DNA from: Octopus bimaculoides
Lineage: Eukaryota
Direction: 5' to 3'
DNA: 64,000 bases
Assembly: GCF_001194135.2 (NCBI RefSeq)
Contig: NC_068982.1
Span: forward strand, 35,195,433-35,259,432
Shown: positions 1 to 14,299 of the stretch, piece after piece
Position numbering within the stretch: the stretch's first letter is position 1
Layout of the letters: every line of letters begins with the position of its first letter
The notes under the pieces: model-generated
Database searches by the model: none
The model's input: only the letters and a program-made list of their open reading frames with translations
What the model was told of the DNA's origin: nothing
Position numbers and translations under genes: made by a program

Positions 1-523
1 GTAGTCCAACACTATATATATCGAACAATGAGAATAAGTACTCGACAGTGCATTACTTCATAAATGTTTTAGTCCGGAAACGAACACCAATTTTTGCTGA
101 GATATTTCTTAGCATAAAACCAATGGTATCCCTAGTACACAAATAAAATATACATATATAAATACATATATGTGTGTGTGTGCTTGTGTTTGTTTGTGTG
201 TTTTTGTGTGTGCGTGTTTTTTGTGAATCTGTTTGTGTGTGTGTGTGTGTGTATATGTGCGTATGTATGTATGCTTAGATAAAGAGAGGATGGAATTTAA
301 TGTCTCTTTAGAATTTAAGTCTGTAAAATATGTGATTAATATCCATCGGAGAATGTTGGTATTAATAAATCTGTCTCAAACGTCCTTAATCTGGTTGCAG
401 AATCCTTAATCCTTTTGCGTTTTTGTACTCTACTCTGTGACCTTATAAGGAACTTATTCAGTTTACTTCGTCAAATTTATTGCCAAAAATATCGACATAT
501 ATATGTGTGTGTGTATGTGTGTT

Positions 524-563
<40 letters not shown>

Positions 564-730
564 TGTGCGTGTGTGTGTGTATGTGTGAGTGTATGTAAGT
601 ATGTATATATGTATATATGTATGTATGTATATATGTATATATGTATATATGGTCATATCACGCTGAAAGTAATCTCGAGCCTAGTTATTATTTAGTTGGT
701 TGAACATACATATATAGTTTATTTATTTAT

Positions 731-1330
731 TTAGGGCAATTGGGGGTGCCGAGTGAATATGATATCGCACTGTCGATAATAGTTCACTTGATACTGGGTG
801 TTTCGTCTCGGAGATCACGATGTTTCCAAAGTAAGTGTGTCAGGTATGCGGTATTTTTTTTTTCCGTGGATCTAAATGAATACAAGTGCAGGCAAAATCT
901 TTTCTTGAAGTCATTGGCTGTCATGCCCATATAGTGCCTGATAATGCCATCGGGTGGTGTATGGGTGGCGCTGTATACTACATCCATTCAGAGGCAGGAT
1001 CCTCCTAGACGTCAGGTGGTAAAGTTTCAGCAGTCCCAGGTTGGGATGGGGGTTGTATAGATGCGATATTACGTCTGCTGGTGTGTGCGATGTTGTCTAA
1101 GCAGGAGTAGCTTACCTTCACATTAAGGGGTTTTAAGAGTTTGCAATACTTATGGCTTCTGGGGAAATGTTTCTGTGTTAACGACAGGAAGCCCCTGGCT
1201 ACTATGGTACAAATATCTAGGTTACATTGGGGGCGGGGCGAGCTTATACCAGATTATTTCCTTTTCCTAATTCTTTTGGGGTAGGGTCAAGGGGTCCGGT
1301 GTTCGTCCACATATGTGAGATTCTCAGAAA
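731..1330 (-). mobile_element. Penelope-like element relic (RT-EN linker plus GIY-YIG endonuclease), frameshifted
   Basis: Minus-strand translation across frameshifts gives KRIRKRKIIWY...GFLSLTQKHFPRSHKYCKLLKPLNVKVSYSCLDNIAH, then VVYSA...HYMGMTANDFKKRFCLHLYSFR...LWKHRD...K*TIIDSAISYS...NC (ORF 784..987). This matches the Penelope linker and GIY-YIG layout. Confidence 0.88.
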
Positions 1331-1352
1331 ATCTATTCCTATTCATATATAT

Positions 1353-1461
<109 letters not shown>

Positions 1462-1637
1462 TATAAACATATATGTATGTTTGTATTTGTGTTTGAAAGT
1501 GTAGATCGCTTAATTTGTAGGTCAGTCTGTTCAGTTGTGAACGCCTGTTGTAGCTGGTTTTTCGATGCTATCTGCTCCTGATGTATGTTGTCACCAGATG
1601 AGTGAACGCCTACCGTCCTCCAACTACAAGACCACCA

Positions 1638-1674
1638 GACCGTACGGTTTCGACTTGTTTTTTGTCATCCACGG
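1638..1674 (-). ncRNA. Degenerate minimal hammerhead-like motif upstream of the Penelope relic
   Basis: Minus strand: CCGTGGA t GAC-aaaaaacaa-GTC GAA ACCGTACGGT C. It has a 3-bp stem II, a perfect 10-nt palindromic stem III and a GUC triplet. The core has 2 changes and stem I is not formed. Confidence 0.4.
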
Positions 1675-2153
1675 TTCCAACGGAATAGTCATGTTTAAGC
1701 GGCAGTAAGTATTATTTCTCAGTATAGTTACTGCTTTTACCTCTTATAGGGAATTTTTAACTAGCTAATTTGCAAGCTGCAGATAATCATCTCGAAATAT
1801 AAATATGATATTAATTTCTGGTTATGCATATTGCTAAGGATCTGATCAATCAAACTAGTACACACGTGGGAATTTCCCAGTGGTATATGGACTAATTGGC
1901 ACATATATTTAACCCGCAATATAGTTCTGAATTAGAAGTGGCGTATATCATAAGACATACCATTGAATTGCAGATATAGTTATTCAGCGAGATGCATCAC
2001 CGTTTCATATACGCATTTTCTCAACAGATTGTATGTATCACTGTGAGGCTTTTGATAATAACAAGGTTTCACATGATTCCTCGCCGTAAGATCGAAACAG
2101 ACTACATAATCAGCAAGGACACTAACAATATTTCCGTCGTAGTGTCTATAAAA

Positions 2154-2264
<111 letters not shown>

Positions 2265-2370
2265 AACACACACACATATTCCGATGAATGCTCATATATG
2301 AATTTATATATATATATATGTCTGTGTTTATAAATATCATTATACGTATTTATGAATGCATATATATGCA

Positions 2371-2399
2371 TATAGATAGATATAGATAGATAGATAGAC

Positions 2400-2467
<68 letters not shown>
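2371..2467. repeat. (ATAG)n microsatellite
   Basis: Direct reading; similar tracts at about 39697-39741, 44567-44627, 44820-44865 and 62090-62161. Confidence 0.97.
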
Positions 2468-3734
2468 GGAGAGATAAGATCGTGTCTCTAATGTGAGTTT
2501 GATAATAATTATTCGACTTAATATGGTACAAGTTTTAAAGTAGACATCTGTTTCGCATCTTTATTACCCTTGACGATCAGATAATCAAGAGCTGCAAAGT
2601 TCACATCTTATCTGTAAATTTCTTTAATAGACACTGTAATCTTCAGAACTATAGATGGTTTCTGTTTTTCGTGAAAAAGTAATATATTTAAAGTTAAAAA
2701 AAAAACAGAGAAATAATTTCCTTTTTCGTAAATTTTCCATATCATTTTCGTGAATAGAAGTGTGAAACTAAAAGGAAACCTCACGGGTATTCTAAAATAC
2801 TTAAATAATAGAAGTCTATAATGGGTTCCTTATTTTAGCTGCCAGCTGCATGTGTTCTGCTTACACTTGGCTTTCGCTGAAGCGATCTATTATTCTTTTA
2901 CTCTCCTCTCTCTCTCTCATTCCCTCCCTATTTTTCCTTGTCTCTACTTCTCTCAACCATTCTCACTCTCACTCTCTCTTCCTACTCCTTGGAAGTAAAA
3001 CGAAACAGGTGAATATTTCCTACGGCATCTTACGTACATTTCATTGACGTACATCTTACGTACATTTCATTCATAGCTATGAATCATATAGGAAAATTGT
3101 TACAATTTGACTGTCAAGTCAAATCTTCAGAGACTTCGCGACCTCACTAGTATTTTTTGTATTCATTCCGGGAAGGCAATGACGTTGTCCTATCAACTGT
3201 ATTTTATTAATAAAAAAATCAGCTTTTATACAACCTGTTTTGAGCAGAAATGTCATATCGGTTTGTGTTGACAATTAGTCTTAAATAAAAGAGAATCAAC
3301 TGAAATAGCATCAGAATCACTGTAAATGTTTGGTCTGAAGTTTTTAAACTATGATAGATTATTTTGAATGTCCTTTATTTTGAAGTTCATTAATACATAT
3401 GACGAAAACTGTTTCTTTATAATGATGTAATGTTTGCATTCAACAATTAAAGGAGTCGTTGGAAACGACCATAACCTTTACATTTGCTGTTACTCATTTT
3501 ATTAAATTCACATTTCTCAGAATCTGCCTTTCGTAAATATTGTCTGAATAGCTCAACAGCAGATTTCTTTACTCAACAGGGTCTAACTGTCTAGTTACAC
3601 TACATGAATATCTTTCGGCCGGTATTTGAGTACCAAGTTTGATATTTACATAATATTGCTGTGCGTGTATATTATTCCAACCTAACGAGATGCTTCAATT
3701 TAAGTACCTAATTCAACTGAATCTTACTTATATT

Positions 3735-3784
<50 letters not shown>

Positions 3785-3819
3785 TATGTATGTATATATT
3801 AATGTGTGTATATCTTTTT

Positions 3820-4010
3820 TTCCCAAAAATCACCGCTCGGCAACCGGTGTTGACTCGTTTAGATTCCCGTAACTTAAAGGTTTGGAAAAAGTGAATGATA
3901 GAATAAGCATTAGGCTTAAAAAATAAATCATGCATCGATTTATATGACGAAAACCCTTAAAGGTGGTGCTACACTCAATAAGTGAAACAAGTAAAAGAAT
4001 TAAAGAATAA
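3820..4010 (+). mobile_element. SINE family A, degenerate 3' half
   Basis: caaccggtgttg...cccgtaactta...gatagaataag...ggtggtgct...gaaacaagtaaaaga aligns to the 3' half of the copy at 50658-51070. Confidence 0.8.
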
Positions 4011-7000
4011 ACAAATTTATTCCAAAATACTCTTTTCTACCAACAGATAAATTGCACCTTAATTTTTTGCTTGGAATTTCCCTGAATTTCCATAAAAATT
4101 CTCAGGGCGCTATTCATGCATTCCATTTATTCATAACCCTTATTCTAACGCGTTTTCTAATGCTCCTGTGTTGCTAAATATATTTCAAAATTACTTCTCA
4201 GAAGAATAAGAATAAACTGAAATTATGCATCTTAATTTAATGCAATAAATTTATTGTTTTTTAAATACCAATCAGCTATTTCACTTTAAGGTAAATACAA
4301 GTGTCACTTTCCTGTTCAGCATTCTTTTGTTTATCCTCTTTTGTTTTTTGTTTTTTTTTTCCTTTTCTTTCTCTTATTTACTAGTATTTTCCCTTTCTCA
4401 AGATTATTCTCCTCTAACTGCTACATTTCTTATACCCATTATCTCCTTCACTCTCCACCTATATTATTTAGACGAGCCATCAATACTATGACGGCTCGTT
4501 TCCCATTACAGGAAAATGTACTCAATTTTTCGTATAATATCAAATACACATTTTATGGTACATTTTTGTACATATTTTTTATCGTATTTTTAAAATGTCA
4601 TTTTAGTAGGTTTATTATACTTGTATTTATGATGTAAATTTATTAATATTGTAGTCATTACATTTGTGTATTATTTATAGTATTTTAATGTTTATTGCAT
4701 CTTTGTTGTTTTTACTGTACTTTTATTGAATTTTATTATGTCTTCGTATTGCTTATGAGTTTTTACTTTTCATTTTATTTAATTGTTTTGTATTTTTCTT
4801 GTATTTCTTTTATTTTTTATTTTATTACATTCTTAATACATTTATCGTAATTTTTTTTAATGTTTGCATTGAATTGTTTTTATGTTGTTTTGAAGTAAGT
4901 TTATTATGTTTTATTATTTTTCCTGTAATTTTATAAATTCTTTCTAATTTCATTGCTATTATATTGCATATTCGTATATTTTCCTTTTATTCTTAATAAA
5001 CACTTTTATAATATTATTCGATTTCATATTATTTTAATTTTTAAATGTCCTTTAGTTGCTTCCGCGATAACTATCACCTCACATGCACACTCATGTATTC
5101 ACATTCAGAGATATACACATACGCACACTCATATATATATATATATATATATATATGCATACATTTTTGTCTTACTGTTTCTTGCTTTTCTTCTGTATCC
5201 TCTCTTCTTCGTTATTTGTTTCTTCCTCCCAGTCCGCACAATCAGTTATATGTCATAATGCCAACAGTCTATGAAGCAATGGTACACTGGTCTATTACAA
5301 GTATATCATTTCTTCGATATATTTATTTCCCTTCTGTCTTTTGTTATGCTTCCTCAATCTCTCTGCCTCTTGTCATACATTCGATTTCGTTTCTAATTTC
5401 AATAAACACTGCCTTTTTCATACGTTCTTTTTTTTTTAACCCTTGTGATAAAATAAAAGATATATTTCTCCATCGCTCCGTAAGCATCTGAATCTCTTTA
5501 CTCCTTCCCAATTTTCTCCCTGTTTTTGCTTTTTTCTTGCATGCATTTTCTCAAATTATCTTGTACCCCCCTAATTAATCAACAGTACAATCTTTATTAT
5601 TATCGATGATGAAATGTTGAATAACTATAAGCCGGCAATTGGAATATTCAATCACATCGAAATATGGTTACCTGAAACTTAGTGTAATGACGGTAATAAT
5701 CTGTCTTATTTAATGCAACAATGGTTATTCGGTGCTGTTGGAGGGAACAAAACGTACCCACGTCTCTAATCATAGGTTTGCTGAAACAAATATTCTAAAA
5801 TTTTATAAACTTATTTTATGTTATCGAACACAACAACTTTAGCAGTGTAATAATGTTATATTTTTATATGCACTATCTGCATTTCAATACTCTACAACGA
5901 AAGGAAATAACACTAATGCATTCCAGTTATGACTAATCAATATATTTACAATATATCAATCTAAATTATTCACATAATTTTAATGTATATATTGTAAAGT
6001 GATGAAAAAATTTAGATGGTGTTCTATGATATTAAATTCAAATGTTGGCACAAGGGCAGTAGTTTCGGTTGAAGGAGTAAGTCAAGTATATCAACTCAAG
6101 TATTCAGCTACAGTATTATCAACTGTGGTGATCGCTTCGCTTGGTAGTGGAAGTATTTCATCCGTGAACAACTTTTGCAAATAGACAAATTATTAGCTAA
6201 TGTTACTGTGGACAATTTTGCGAACTTTCAGGAAATATAATTAGAATGTTATGTTGTGGAATATCGAAGTGAAAATTTTTTAAAACATGCATCCATTTCA
6301 GTGAAGATATCTTGGTAGTTGGACAAAGTAGCTGACGGATATATCGAATTAGTTCCTTTGATGTTGTAGAAACTTGCTAATGCTGCGATTGCCTACTGAT
6401 CAAGAAGTGACAAATTGTATTGTATGCATGGTAAACAGAGAGAAGGGAATTTCACATATATCGACTTAGAATAAAACGGCAGACTACTACAATCATCACA
6501 GAGGTAGCAGTACTGGAGGGTCAATTTAAAAAAGAAAAATTGAGACGCAGATGAAGGCTGGAAGAAACGAAAATGGTGTACTGGTGATATCTTAGAATAA
6601 TTCCCCAGCTCTATAGCCTTCTAGATAATCTTATGTCTCATATGATTATATTGAAATTGAAAGAGGGGACAGTAGATAAAGGTCGAGTTATACATTAGTT
6701 AAGAAGTGCGAAATTCGTTGGTTCTGCAAGAGATAATTCGAGTAAGGTGTGCGAATCAAATAGAGGTGAACTCTAAACTTAATGTTGATTGAATCAAGTT
6801 AAATTAATTAGCTATGGCGATTTTTGTGTTGAAATTTTAAGAAAACTTTCAAACGGGTGGGAGCATCGTATTAATAACTTATTAATTAATTTAGACCTGC
6901 AAATAAGGACATTCAACGCCACACCCGAATACACATCGCAGCTACTTCCTTTGCTTTCTCCTGTATAGACAGACTCTAACTGAAATAGGCCAGGAAATTC

Positions 7001-9195
7001 AGTAGTCTAAAATTTTCTCCACGAGATTGCCAGATGAACTTAGCTACCGATGGGATATGTTCCTGTCTTTTGAATTTAAAGATGTGAAATATGGATATAA
7101 AAATTGACCTCTAATTTGGAAGATGTTATTACAGATTAATATTGGACACTCCTTGTCAACGATTAGAACTCTTCATTAATTCCTTAACATCTAGATACAC
7201 ATAGTGCAGAATACATCTTAGATATCCTATACACTGAACCGAAGTTATCATAAAACATTGCTAAAAGATTGTTAGACCATTGTCACCCTAAGTAAAAAGC
7301 AATATTAAAATTATATGCATTGTCTTATGACTATCGGTTCCAGTATTGAAAACTTGTGAGAGAGTCGTGGAACTGTAGTCAAATGTTGTCAGAATCGATG
7401 CATTATAGATACATACAGACCAACCAACACACCATTTTCTATATCTTTGTTATATAAGTAAGCTGGGTTTTTTTTATTTATACCCATATGTTCTTTTCTT
7501 TATTTCGTCTTTGTATGAACTTTTTTTAATATATTATTTCATTCATAATCTAAATCAAAATATCTCAGCGGTCACCAACAATTCAAATCATGAGAAGAGT
7601 ATTTTTTCTATATTCTCGATGAAAGACCACAAATTTATAGCCCTGCTATTGTTTTTTATATATATAAAACTTTATTTAATATATTGTTCTGTATTATATT
7701 CGATTTTCTGCTTTATAATTGCTTGCAGTTTTCATTGTAAATTCTTTCAGTCTGTCTAGTTTATTATCTAAATCGACTTGAAACGTCTTAAAAGGAGAAA
7801 TAAAGTTTTATGAGTTTCATCATATTTTTATCTTTCTCTTAGAATAGCTGCCATATAATGTAATTAGCTTCAACGTACAAATTGCCAAACAAAAAAGATA
7901 CGACAGATAGAGAAATGAAAGGGGAAAGAGAGGTGGTTTGAGAGGATAGAGGGGAAACATTAAGACCCTTTCGGCTATTTAAATCTCTCCTTAGATTATA
8001 CTACTATGTTTGAAAAGTAACTTTATGTTGCTTCTATTGTAAATGATGTCAAATAAGTAGATATAATTAAAGCATCTTCAAATGCATCAATACAGATACA
8101 TTCCTTGTGAATGCAAATCAAATACCATAGAGAAAGGAAGAATGATAAAGAGGGAAAAAAGAAAGTAGTGTAAGAACAATTTTCATGATTCAATCAAATA
8201 ACTTTCGATCCTAAGGGAATGTGTTTGCGGTCGACAGAATAAAGACAAAGGACAGATTAGTGGCATAAATATACCTCTATATAAATAAATACACTGGTTT
8301 ACTTCATTGGTATTATAGCCTACTTTAAAAGATACCACAAATCCCTGGAGATGTCTAAAATTCTTTCAGAGTCTCTCCATGGTTTCTATTCTATCCGTCT
8401 ATCGAGCCCGCTATCTTATAATTGTTACCGTTGCCGTAAACAATCCCAAAATGAAGAGTAAAACAAGCGTAACAAAAGAAAATGATAAGGAAACAATTTT
8501 AAGTCAGTTTATTCTGAGTTTTCTGCTAACACTATATGCATACACATACATACACACACACACACACATACACACACACATACACACACATATACGCATA
8601 TGAAACTACATATATATATATGTATATATATGTNNNNNNNNNNNNNNNNNNNNNNNNNNNNNNNNNNNNNNNNNNNNNNNNNNNNNNNNNNNNNNNNNNN
8701 NNNNNNNNNNNNNNNNNNNNNNNNNNNNNNNNNNNNNNNNNNNNNNNNNNNNNNNNNNNNNNNNNNNNNNNNNNNNNNNNNNNNNNNNNNNNNNNNNNNN
8801 NNNNNNNNNNNNNNNNNNNNNNNNNNNNNNNNNNNNNNNNNNNNNNNNNNNNNNNNNNNNNNNNNNNNNNNNNNNNNNNNNNNNNNNNNNNNNNNNNNNN
8901 NNNNNNNNNNNNNNNNNNNNNNNNNNNNNNNNNNNNNNNNNNNNNNNNNNNNNNNNNNNNNNNNNNNNNNNNNNNNNNNNNNNNNNNNNNNNNNNNNNNN
9001 NNNNNNNNNNNNNNNNNNNNNNNNNNNNNNNNNNNNNNNNNNNNNNNNNNNNNNNNNNNNNNNNNNNNNNNNNNNNNNNNNNNNNNNNNNNNNNNNNNNN
9101 NNNNNNNNNNNNNNNNNNNNNNNNNNNNNNNNNNNNNNNNNNNNNNNNNNNNNNNNNNNNNNNNNNNNNNNNNNNNNNNNNNNNNNNNNNNNNNN

Positions 9196-9242
<47 letters not shown>

Positions 9243-11669
9243 GACAGAGTGTGTGAAAGAGAGAGGGGGGATGAAGTGAAGAGAGTGTAGAGGAAGAGAG
9301 ACGAGTTTGTAGAAATAGTAGAAAGTCCTACAGAAAGAAGAAATCAAAGGGAAATATTAAATAGAAAGAGTTAAATCTCAATACGATAATCGAATATAGG
9401 ACAATGAAATAAATGTTACAATATACTCATTAGTATACGTTCATTTCGGATAGAATATCGTATAACACTTGTAAACTGACGTCACTGACTTGCTTTCAAA
9501 TTTATTTTACTATTCGATATTGTTGAACTTTAGATGGTAACACCCTTGAAATTTATACAAAATATTGATTTTTGTTTTGTATGTTATCTGCCAAAAATAC
9601 CACAGGTGGTTAATTATACTTGACAACTGCACCAGTGTGTTGTGACAGTGCTGACATGTTGTTATCAAATGGTGCAATTAAACTCGCCGTGACTATCGCA
9701 GGAACACCAGGATATTATACGTGGCCCAAACGCTACGGTATTGGCAAATAATGTTTGCTGGTAATCTTGGGTCTACACACACCTTGTAACTAAAGTCACT
9801 GAAGATGATGGACTGACTGGTCTGTCTTTGCAAACACTTATGTAGTTCATCTTGTCTCTCTGTCTCACTTCTGCCCCCCTCTCTCTCTCTTTCTGTCTTT
9901 GCCAGTAATTGATGTAGTGTGTTTTGTCTCTCTTTGCCAGTTATTAATGAAGAGTATCTTCTCTTTCTCTGCTGGTATTACTGTCTCTTTCTCTGTCATT
10001 ATTAAGGTAGATATATCATCTCCTTCTATCAGTATTAGCATAGAATCCCAAACATACTACATTAAGAACATGCCTTCATTATGGAATTCAACTTATGTGA
10101 TAAATTCTAAGCGACAGTAAGCACACAACTACGAATTCTACCGTCATATAAGTTAACTGTTGGATTTTGAGCATTTTAAACATGTAGTGTAAAGCATGTT
10201 GCATAGCATCCGCCAAAATTCAATCAATCTAAGCTCTTTATTGCATATGTACATTAATTATGTTACGTAATATCTGATAAATTATTTGGTCAGCAACAAA
10301 TACTATGGTCAATTTACGGAGAACTTTATCAACATTTATGAAACATATTTACTTTATATATCATGTAAGGTCGGAATATGTGCATTTTATCTCTACTCAA
10401 ATTCTGTCTTAAGAAACCATTAACACCCTATGTATCTGCAAAAGATTTTTCAAACGTCTGACTCTGCTTAAATGTAATCTTTTCGTTTTTCTTTTTCGGG
10501 GTCACGATATTTTGAAGAAATAATCATATAAAAAGTGGTATTATTTTTTGTTATCTAGCTGATATATTATGTAAGCTAGCTTTCTTATTTTTTTCTTTCC
10601 TTTACCCATAGTAACAATTATTATTAAGCGCATAAGTCTTTATATCACGTGGTTGTGACTAGTAGTGCCAAAGAAGGTAATGAAATAACAAAATAAAATC
10701 AAAGGAAAGATGATGTGTTAAAAAAATGTAAAATATTGTGAATTTGTGGGTTGGTAAAATTATGAAAATAATTATAGATTATTGGAACTTCTTAGCACTT
10801 AGAGTAAATTATTGATAAAAAATATAATAAAATATTGAAACTCATTGATGAAATTAAAACCATAATTAATAATAAAACATTAGTGGAACTTAATAAAAAA
10901 AAGCAATGAATAAAAAGAAAGATCACTAAAGGCTTAGGGTTGTTAATGAAGGGAGGGAATTAGTTATTCATTGTATGTGAGATGAGGTTGAGAAAAAAAG
11001 GGAAGAATGCTGGAAATAATGAACATTTTCATAACAATTGTGAGAAATCGATAACATAGCGGAGCGAAAATAATACGGTAATAATACAATAAAATTATCT
11101 AATAAATAAATTGAATAAAAATATAATTTAATAACAATAATATGATAATGGTTCAAGGATGATAAGAGGGGAATGTGGTGTAGGGACAAGAATGATATAG
11201 AAAAGTTGCTCAACAAAACTTAGGAAAATAGGAAAAAAATACGTGAACAATATATGAGTTACAAGAGAAAAAATAGGGAAAATATACACGTACCATAATC
11301 GAATAATAGGAGAGAATGCACGAAAACACAAATGACAAAACAAGGGTGGACGCAATGATTTGGTTACTATGTTGTAACACATGAGGTAGGGTGATGCCCA
11401 TTGTGACACGCTGGCATTAAAAGTCAAGAGAGAAGATGAATCAAAGAACTAGTCAGGATGTGAGCTTACTAAAAAGTGGATGAGAAAGGTAGATTCAAGG
11501 TATGTATTTGTATATTGCAGTATGTAGCGTGAGTGAATGAGGTGAGGGTGAAAAATTAAGTTTTATCTAGGAAAGGATGACGTTGTAATTTGTAGGGTTC
11601 CTTCAAACATGTGTAGTATGTGTGTGCGTCAAACGCATAGGTACAGACAAATATATATGCGTGTATATT

Positions 11670-12051
11670 GTTGGCACTCCGTCGCTTACGACGTCGAGGG
11701 TTCCAGGTGATCCGATCAACGGAACAGCCTGCTCGTGAAATTAACGTGCAAATGGCTGAGCACTCCACAAATACGTGTACCCTTAACGTAGTTCTCGGGG
11801 ATATTCAGCGTGACACAGTGGGAAAAAGTTGACTCTTTGCATTACAGGCACAACCGAAACAGGAAGTAAGAGTGAGAGAAAGTTGTGGTGAAAGAGTACA
11901 GCAGGGTTCACCACCATCCGCTGCCGGAGCCTCGTGGAGCTGTTAGGTGTTTTCGCTCAATAAACACTCACAACGCCCGGTCTGGGAATCGAAACTGCGA
12001 TCCTATGACTTCGAGTCAGCTTCCCTAACCACTGGGCCATTGCGCCTCCAC
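11670..12051 (-). mobile_element. tRNA-derived SINE (group C/D), full length with 11-bp TSD
   Basis: Minus-strand head GGAGGCGCAATGGCCCAGTGG (A box)...GTTTCGATTCCC (B box). The 3' tail is shared with 29242-29556. Direct repeat GCGTGTATATT at 11659-11669 and 12052-12062. Confidence 0.9.
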
Positions 12052-12398
12052 GCGTGTATATTATATATGTACCAAAGCACACACACACACAAATACACAA
12101 ACACGCAAACACTCACATATACAAACAAGAATACACCATATACATATATGAATGCATTCATATATCCGGAGTAAAAATTACTTTCTAAACCTTTCTTCGT
12201 TTATATGTTTGCTGAAATTTTCCCTATATCATAACTTTTTAGCTTCTGTCTTTCTCCTTTCTCATAAAGGTCTAAAGTCCGAAATATTAATGACATTCTG
12301 AATTAAAGCTTTAAGCCAATAATTTACATGTCAAATATCATTCTTTAAATGTCGTTCGTCTTAATGTCTATGATTTATATTTCTCAAATACACACACA

Positions 12399-12435
<37 letters not shown>

Positions 12436-12905
12436 ACGCAAATATGCATATATGCATACAAGTAATATATACATATAGATGGTTGTATATGGATATATTA
12501 TCTATATGTACTTTTAATGCGGTTACANNNNNNNNNNNNNNNNNNNNNNNNNNNNNNNNNNNNNNNNNNNNNNNNNNNNNNNNNNNNNNNNNNNNNNNNN
12601 NNNNNNNNNNNNNNNNNNNNNNNNNNNNNNNNNNNNNNNNNNNNNNNNNNNNNNNNNNNNNNNNNNNNNNNNNNNNNNNNNNNNNNNNNNNNNNNNNNNN
12701 NNNNNNNNNNNNNNNNNNNNNNNNNNNNNNNNNNNNNNNNNNNNNNNNNNNNNNNNNNNNNNNNNNNNNNNNNNNNNNNNNNNNNNNNNNNNNNNNNNNN
12801 NNNNNNNNNNNNNNNNNNNNNNNNNNNNNNNNNNNNNNNNNNNNNNNNNNNNNNNNNNNNNNNNNNNNNNNNNNNNNNNNNNNNNNNNNNNNNNNNNNNN
12901 NNNNN

Positions 12906-12940
<35 letters not shown>

Positions 12941-13559
12941 TACATGTATGTATACATTCATAGACAAAAGAAAGAAATCTCGAACATGCAAATCTAATTA
13001 AACAGTTGTGAAAACACCGTTAATAATTTGAATATTTTTACCCGATGTCCATATGTTGTTACATTAATTCTCCGGCGTTCTAGATTTCCTTCATATTTAA
13101 AACTATCAACTTTCTCGACGCTTGAATGTCTGCGTGCGTGTATATATAAGCAATGAATATTCAGATGTGAATATTCATAAATATATTATTGTTAATAATA
13201 TCTACAGCAAATATAACATATTGATAATAATAACAGTAATAATAAAGAAAGATGATTACAGGCATGTCAAAGCCCCCTGTATGTGTGATTATGTATGTTG
13301 ATGCACACAGGAATATACAAATCAAAAATATAAGTACATGTATATTTTTGTGACTATTTAGCAGAAGCAACAGCGTCACTCAAATACCGAGAGTTTCCTA
13401 CTTTCGTATTTATCAAAAGTTGATATGTGCTAGCACAGGAAACGCTCGGTTCTTGAATGATTCTGTTGCTTCTGCTAAATATTCATATATCTCTCTGTGG
13501 GATAAACCCTTCGTATTTCAGGCTTCCGCCGCGAGAAACCATTTCATGCAAACACCAGG

Positions 13560-14299
13560 CATCAGTATGTCGACCGGTTTCATCAGACAAGCTCGTAATG
13601 CTACGTGGTACACCTTTGTTTTGCAGTCCTTCTCCGATCTTCGTTGATTTTCGCGTTGGCTCAAAGGAACAGCATGCTTCTGTGAAAGACTGTCTTCTGC
13701 GGGAGAAAGTGGCAGCCAAAACAGTTGTCATGCTTCGAACAGCTTACAAGGACGCTGCCATGAGCAACACACAAGTTTACAAGTGCTTCCACGCTTTTAG
13801 AATGGTCACTTGTCACTTGAAGACTTCATGAAAATTGATGAACATTCACCGATCACTTGACACACTTCTTGATATGACTGATGTGTCCTGGAGCTCCTGC
13901 TAATGTATTTTGAGCGATAAATTGCAAACTAAAAGAATTGCAGCAAAATTTGTACCACGCTTGCTCATATAGGTTTAAAAGTAGTCACGACTGAATGCGT
14001 GTCGTGGACTGAAAGAAGAACCGGAAGTTGATGTGGATCTGTTTTCGAGGATCATCACTGGTGAGGAAAAGCTGATGCTACGCAATTAACAGATGTGGAA
14101 GAAGTGAAAAATAAAGCGACGGAGTCGTTAAAAGGCATTACTTCGCAAGAGTTCCAGCACTGATTCGAATCGTGGAAAACGAGCCTGGACCGTTGAGTTG
14201 CTTCAAATGGAAAATAATTCGCAGAAGATAGACTGTGAATATGTAAAGCTAAGTGAATAAAATATATCGCAAAATTCCAATTTCTTTTTGTGCACCCCG
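13560..14299 (+). mobile_element. Mariner relic with large internal deletion of the catalytic domain
   Basis: Translations KEQHASVKDCLLREKVAAKTVVMLRTAYKDAAMSNTQVYKCFHAF (HTH), KRIAAKFVPRLL, RIITGEE, then a jump to LTDVEEVKNKATESLKGITSQEFQH*FESWKTSLDR*VASNGK*FAED. A TIR-like end aaaattccaatttctttttgtgcaccccg abuts the gap. No left TIR found. Confidence 0.93.

Noticed and set aside
2540-2582. Minus-strand GAAACAGATGTC with weak similarity to the 33.7-kb hammerhead
   Set aside because: No intact core, stem II or stem I.
10650-11430. Purine-skewed AT-rich stretch considered as a NUMT or exon
   Set aside because: No recognisable mitochondrial or nuclear protein similarity; low complexity.
11990-12051. 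tRNA genes at the SINE heads (also 29500, 39150, 49600, 50670)
   Set aside because: A and B boxes are present, but there is no proper cloverleaf and each continues into a SINE body.
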